Translations under genes and position numbers: made by a program | Notes under the pieces: generated by a model | The model's database searches: none | Told to the model about the DNA's origin: nothing | The model's input: the letters and a program-made list of their open reading frames with translations, nothing else | Assembly: GCA_030390025.1 (NCBI GenBank) | Contig: CM059433.1 | Span: 19,594,001 to 19,658,000 of the forward strand | Direction of reading: 5' to 3' | Length of the DNA: 64,000 nt | Source of the DNA: Squalus acanthias | Taxonomy: Eukaryota | In this document: positions 60,857-64,000 of the stretch, one piece after another | Position numbering within the stretch: the stretch's first letter is position 1 | How the letters are laid out: the number at the start of each line of letters is the position of its first letter

Positions 60857-62221
60857 ATGGACGTACAATTCCTCTACACCTCCATTCCCCACCAGGATGG
60901 CCTGAGGGCGCTCCGCTTCTTCCTTGAACAGAGGCCCAACCAGTCCCCATCCACCACCACCCTCCTCCGCCTGGCTGAACTTGTTCTCACATTGAACAAC
61001 TTCTCCTTTGACTCCACCCATTTCCTCCAAATTAAAGGTGTTGCTATGGGTACCCGCATGGGTCCTAGCTATGCCTGCCTTTTCGTGGGATATGTGGAAC
61101 ACTCTTTGTTCCAGTCCTACTCGGGTCCCCTCCCTCACCTCTTTTTCCGGTACATTGATGACTGTATCGGTGCCGTCTCCTGCTCTTGCCCTGAACTAGA
61201 ACATTTCATTCACTATGCTTCCAATTTCCACCCTTCCCTCACCTTCACATGGTCCATCTCCGACTCTTCCCTTCCCTTCCTCGACTTCTCCGTCTCCATC
61301 TCTGGGGATAGGTTATTGACTAACATTCACTACAAGCCCACTGACTCCCACAGCTACCTGGACTACACTTCCTCCCACCCCGCCTCCTGTAAGGACTCTA
61401 TTCCATTCTCCCAGTTTCTCCGTCTCCGCCGCATCTGCTCTGATGATGCCACCTTCCATACCAGTGCTTCCGACATGTCTTCCTTTTTCCTCAACCGAGG
61501 ATTCCCCTCTACCATGGTCGACACGGCCCTCGACCATGTCCGTTCTATCTCCCGCACTTCTGCCCTCACCCCTGCCCCTCCCTCCCGGAACCACAATAGA
61601 GTTCCCCTTGTCCTCACCTTTCACCCCACCAGCCTCCACATTCAACGGATCATCCTCCGCCATTTCCGCCACCTCCAGCGTGATCCCACCACCAAACGCA
61701 TCTTCCCCTCACCTCCCCTTTCAGCATTCCGCAGGGACCGCTCCCTCCGCGACACCCTAGTCCACTCCTCTACCATCCCCAGCACCCCTTCCCCTTCGCC
61801 CGGCACCTTCCCGTGCAAGCGCAGGAGATGCAACACATGCCCTTATACCACCCCTCTTCCCACTGTCCAGGGCCCCAAACACCCCTTCCAGGTGAAACAG
61901 CGATTTACTTGTACTTCCTGCAAGTTAGTATACTGTATTCGCTGCTCACGATGTGGTCTCCTCTACATTGGGGAGACCAAACGCAGATTGGGTGACCGCT
62001 TTGCGGAACACCTCCGTTCAGTCCGTAAGGGGGACCCCGAGCTCCCGGTCGCCTGTCACTTTAATTCACCGCTTCACTCCCACTCTGACCTCACCGTCCT
62101 CGGCCTATTACACTGTTCCACGGAAGCGCAGTGTAAGCTCGAGGAACAGCACCTCATCTTTCGTTTAGGCACACTACAGCCCTCTGGACTCAATATCGAG
62201 TTCAACAATTTTAGATCATAA
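60857..62221 (+). CDS. PLE reverse transcriptase plus GIY-YIG endonuclease (5'-truncated; frame open from ~60770)
   Basis: MDVQFLYTSIP, GVAMGTRMGPSYA, FRYIDD, LPFLD, HYKPT, VYCIRCSRCGLLYIGETKRRLGDRFAEH, GLN; no stops. Confidence 0.93.
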   Translation: MDVQFLYTSIPHQDGLRALRFFLEQRPNQSPSTTTLLRLAELVLTLNNFSFDSTHFLQIKGVAMGTRMGPSYACLFVGYVEHSLFQSYSGPLPHLFFRYIDDCIGAVSCSCPELEHFIHYASNFHPSLTFTWSISDSSLPFLDFSVSISGDRLLTNIHYKPTDSHSYLDYTSSHPASCKDSIPFSQFLRLRRICSDDATFHTSASDMSSFFLNRGFPSTMVDTALDHVRSISRTSALTPAPPSRNHNRVPLVLTFHPTSLHIQRIILRHFRHLQRDPTTKRIFPSPPLSAFRRDRSLRDTLVHSSTIPSTPSPSPGTFPCKRRRCNTCPYTTPLPTVQGPKHPFQVKQRFTCTSCKLVYCIRCSRCGLLYIGETKRRLGDRFAEHLRSVRKGDPELPVACHFNSPLHSHSDLTVLGLLHCSTEAQCKLEEQHLIFRLGTLQPSGLNIEFNNFRS

Positions 62222-62490
62222 CCTTAGCCCCAGTCACATTTATATTTTATTTTTTCATCCACCCTTTTATTTGCCCCCCCCCCTTTTTTTTCCCTCCTAG
62301 AAGCTGGCAGCTGTCCTTCATTCTGCCAATGCATTTCACACTTCTTTCAGCCTTAACCTGTCACATTAACACCACCTCTTGCCTTGAATATCTCTTAATG
62401 TCTCTTAATCTCTCCTTTTGTTCTTTCATCCCCTCCCCCTTTTCCCAGCTTTATCCTTGCCTTAAATCTATTTGATTTCCTGCTGTTTCC

Positions 62491-62526
62491 AGTTCTGATG
62501 AAAGATCTCGACCTGAAACGTTAACT
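62491..62526 (+). ncRNA. Minimal hammerhead ribozyme in pLTR (inverted twin at 60670-60705)
   Basis: agtt-CTGATGA-a-agatc-tc-gacct-GAAA-cg-TT-aact; the twin has a perfect stem II (aggtc/gacct) but one stem-I mismatch. Confidence 0.78.
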
Positions 62527-63164
62527 CTGTATCTCTCTCCACGGATGCTGCCTCGCCTGCTGAGTTTTTCCAGCGTTTTCTGTTGTTATTTCGGATTTCC
62601 AGCATCTGCAGTATTTTGCTATCACCTTGAAGACTTGTTGCTCACATAGTTCGCATTTGCACTTACTCATTTATTTCCCTAATGCTGCAGTATGCCTATT
62701 CATGGTAAACATTCAGTACTAGTCCGGTTCTCTCATGACCGTACTGCACTGGATAATCTTTTATTCATTGTTAGCATGGTTCGGCAGAGAATGATTTACG
62801 GCTTTTTAGGGCAGCTTTTCTGGCACTGCTACTTGTTAAGGTGTAATGACATTCATAACATGGCTTACCTTAACTGATAAAGGAGCCGTACTGCTGGGCC
62901 GGGCTGAGACCAATGTCCGAGCAGAAAGGATAAATAGGACTGTAGAAAGGACTTTAAACAAGTAATGGGGATGGGGGTGGGGGGAGAAGTTTTGGGAGAA
63001 AATAATAGTAACCTAAAGATAAGGAAAAGAAGACATGAGAGCAAAGGTTGGAATACAAAAAGAAAGATAACAGGAATATTCGAGGAACAGAAAAGGTTAT
63101 AGGAAGTAAAAATAAAATACCTGTTTTAAAAAAAACAGGAGTAATGAAAAATAAGACCATATTA

Positions 63165-63670
63165 AAATGCCTGTATTACAATGTACATCAGCAACAACAT
63201 GATGGAAATGGAGACAGTAATTAGTTGAGGAAACAGATGTAATAGGGATAATGGAAATAAGGCTGCAGACAGGACAGTATTAGCAGTTAAATATTGCAGG
63301 CTAGAATGTATTTATAAAAGATAGACGAAGAAGAAGCAGTGGTGGGAGGCTGTGTTATCAGAAATAACAAAGACAGTAGTATGAAAGGATATAAATGACA
63401 AATAGATCGAAACAACATCTATATCAATTGAGATAAAGGATAGGAAGGGATTAATCACACTATTAGGGGTATATTGAAGATCACCAAATAGTGGAAAAAA
63501 AGTGGAGGGTGAAATATGTAGGCAAATCCATGAAATGAGTAAAAAGCACAGATTCATAATTATGGGGGATTTCAACTATCCCCAAATAAACTGGCACGGA
63601 GAGGGACTGAAAGGGGAGTAGGGGATAGAGTTTTTGTAGTCTGTACGAGACTCCTTTCGAACCCAATATT
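63165..63670 (+). mobile_element. Degenerate CR1 APE endonuclease fragment
   Basis: CLYYN.., LGVY.RSPNS, IIMGDFNYPQINW remnants. Confidence 0.75.
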
Positions 63671-63673
63671 TAA

Positions 63674-64000
63674 GAGGTGAGGCGAGAGTGACTGCCCTTG
63701 ACATCAAGGCAGCATTTGACCAAATGTGGCACCAAACAGCCCAAGTAAAACTGAAGTCAATGGGGATCAGGGGGAAAGCTCTCCACTGGCTGGAGTCATA
63801 CTTAGCACAAAGGAAGACGGTTGTGGTCGTTGGAGACCAATCATCTAAGCCCCAAGGTATCGCTGCAGGAGTTCCTCAGGGCAACATCCTAGGCCCAACC
63901 ATCTTCAGCTGCTTCATCAATGACCTTCCCTCCATCATAAGGTCAGAAATGGGGCAGTTCGCTGATGATTGCACAGTGTTCAGTTCCATGCTTGATCGGC
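63674..64000 (+). mobile_element. RT fragment of second CR1-group LINE family
   Basis: Manual translation: ALDIKAAFDQMWH..WLESYLAQR..GVPQGNILGP..FINDLP..FADD. Confidence 0.85.

Larger units (their letters stand above)
60606..62622 (+). mobile_element. Young Penelope-like element: inverted partial pLTR, 5'-truncated ORF, pLTR
   Basis: 60606-~60764 is the near-perfect reverse complement of ~62432-62590; 14-bp TSD caccttgaagactt (60592-60605 / 62623-62636). Confidence 0.95.

Noticed and set aside
60731..62168. Overlapping antisense and alternate-frame ORFs over the PLE
   Set aside because: Shadow ORFs caused by the C/T-rich strand bias of the PLE coding sequence.

Overview
Eukaryotic, transposon-dense intergenic or intronic DNA, most likely from a cartilaginous fish (inferred from the mix of CR1, L2, RTE, Penelope-like and Harbinger elements plus a SacSINE1/Deu-type tRNA SINE). 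I found no credible host exon, rRNA, true tRNA or CRISPR array; every recognisable ORF belongs to a mobile element. Main points: (i) Penelope-like elements (PLEs) carrying minimal type-I hammerhead ribozymes, including a young RT+GIY-YIG copy (60606-62622), a 246-nt-unit retrozyme-like derivative (17118-17635) and a 117-bp hammerhead-only insertion (27225-27341), all with 14-15-bp target-site duplications (TSDs); (ii) many Harbinger transposons/MITEs with 3-bp TSDs, a shared extended target preference and an internal fold-back; (iii) two solo-LTR families with 5-bp TSDs, the short one carrying a CTCF-like motif in two convergently oriented copies 54 kb apart; (iv) multi-level nested insertions and inverted LINE insertions. 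These are variants of known element classes. I cannot show that any is a wholly new system; the hammerhead mini-elements are the best candidates. Coordinates were counted by eye, and boundaries of degenerate fragments are approximate.
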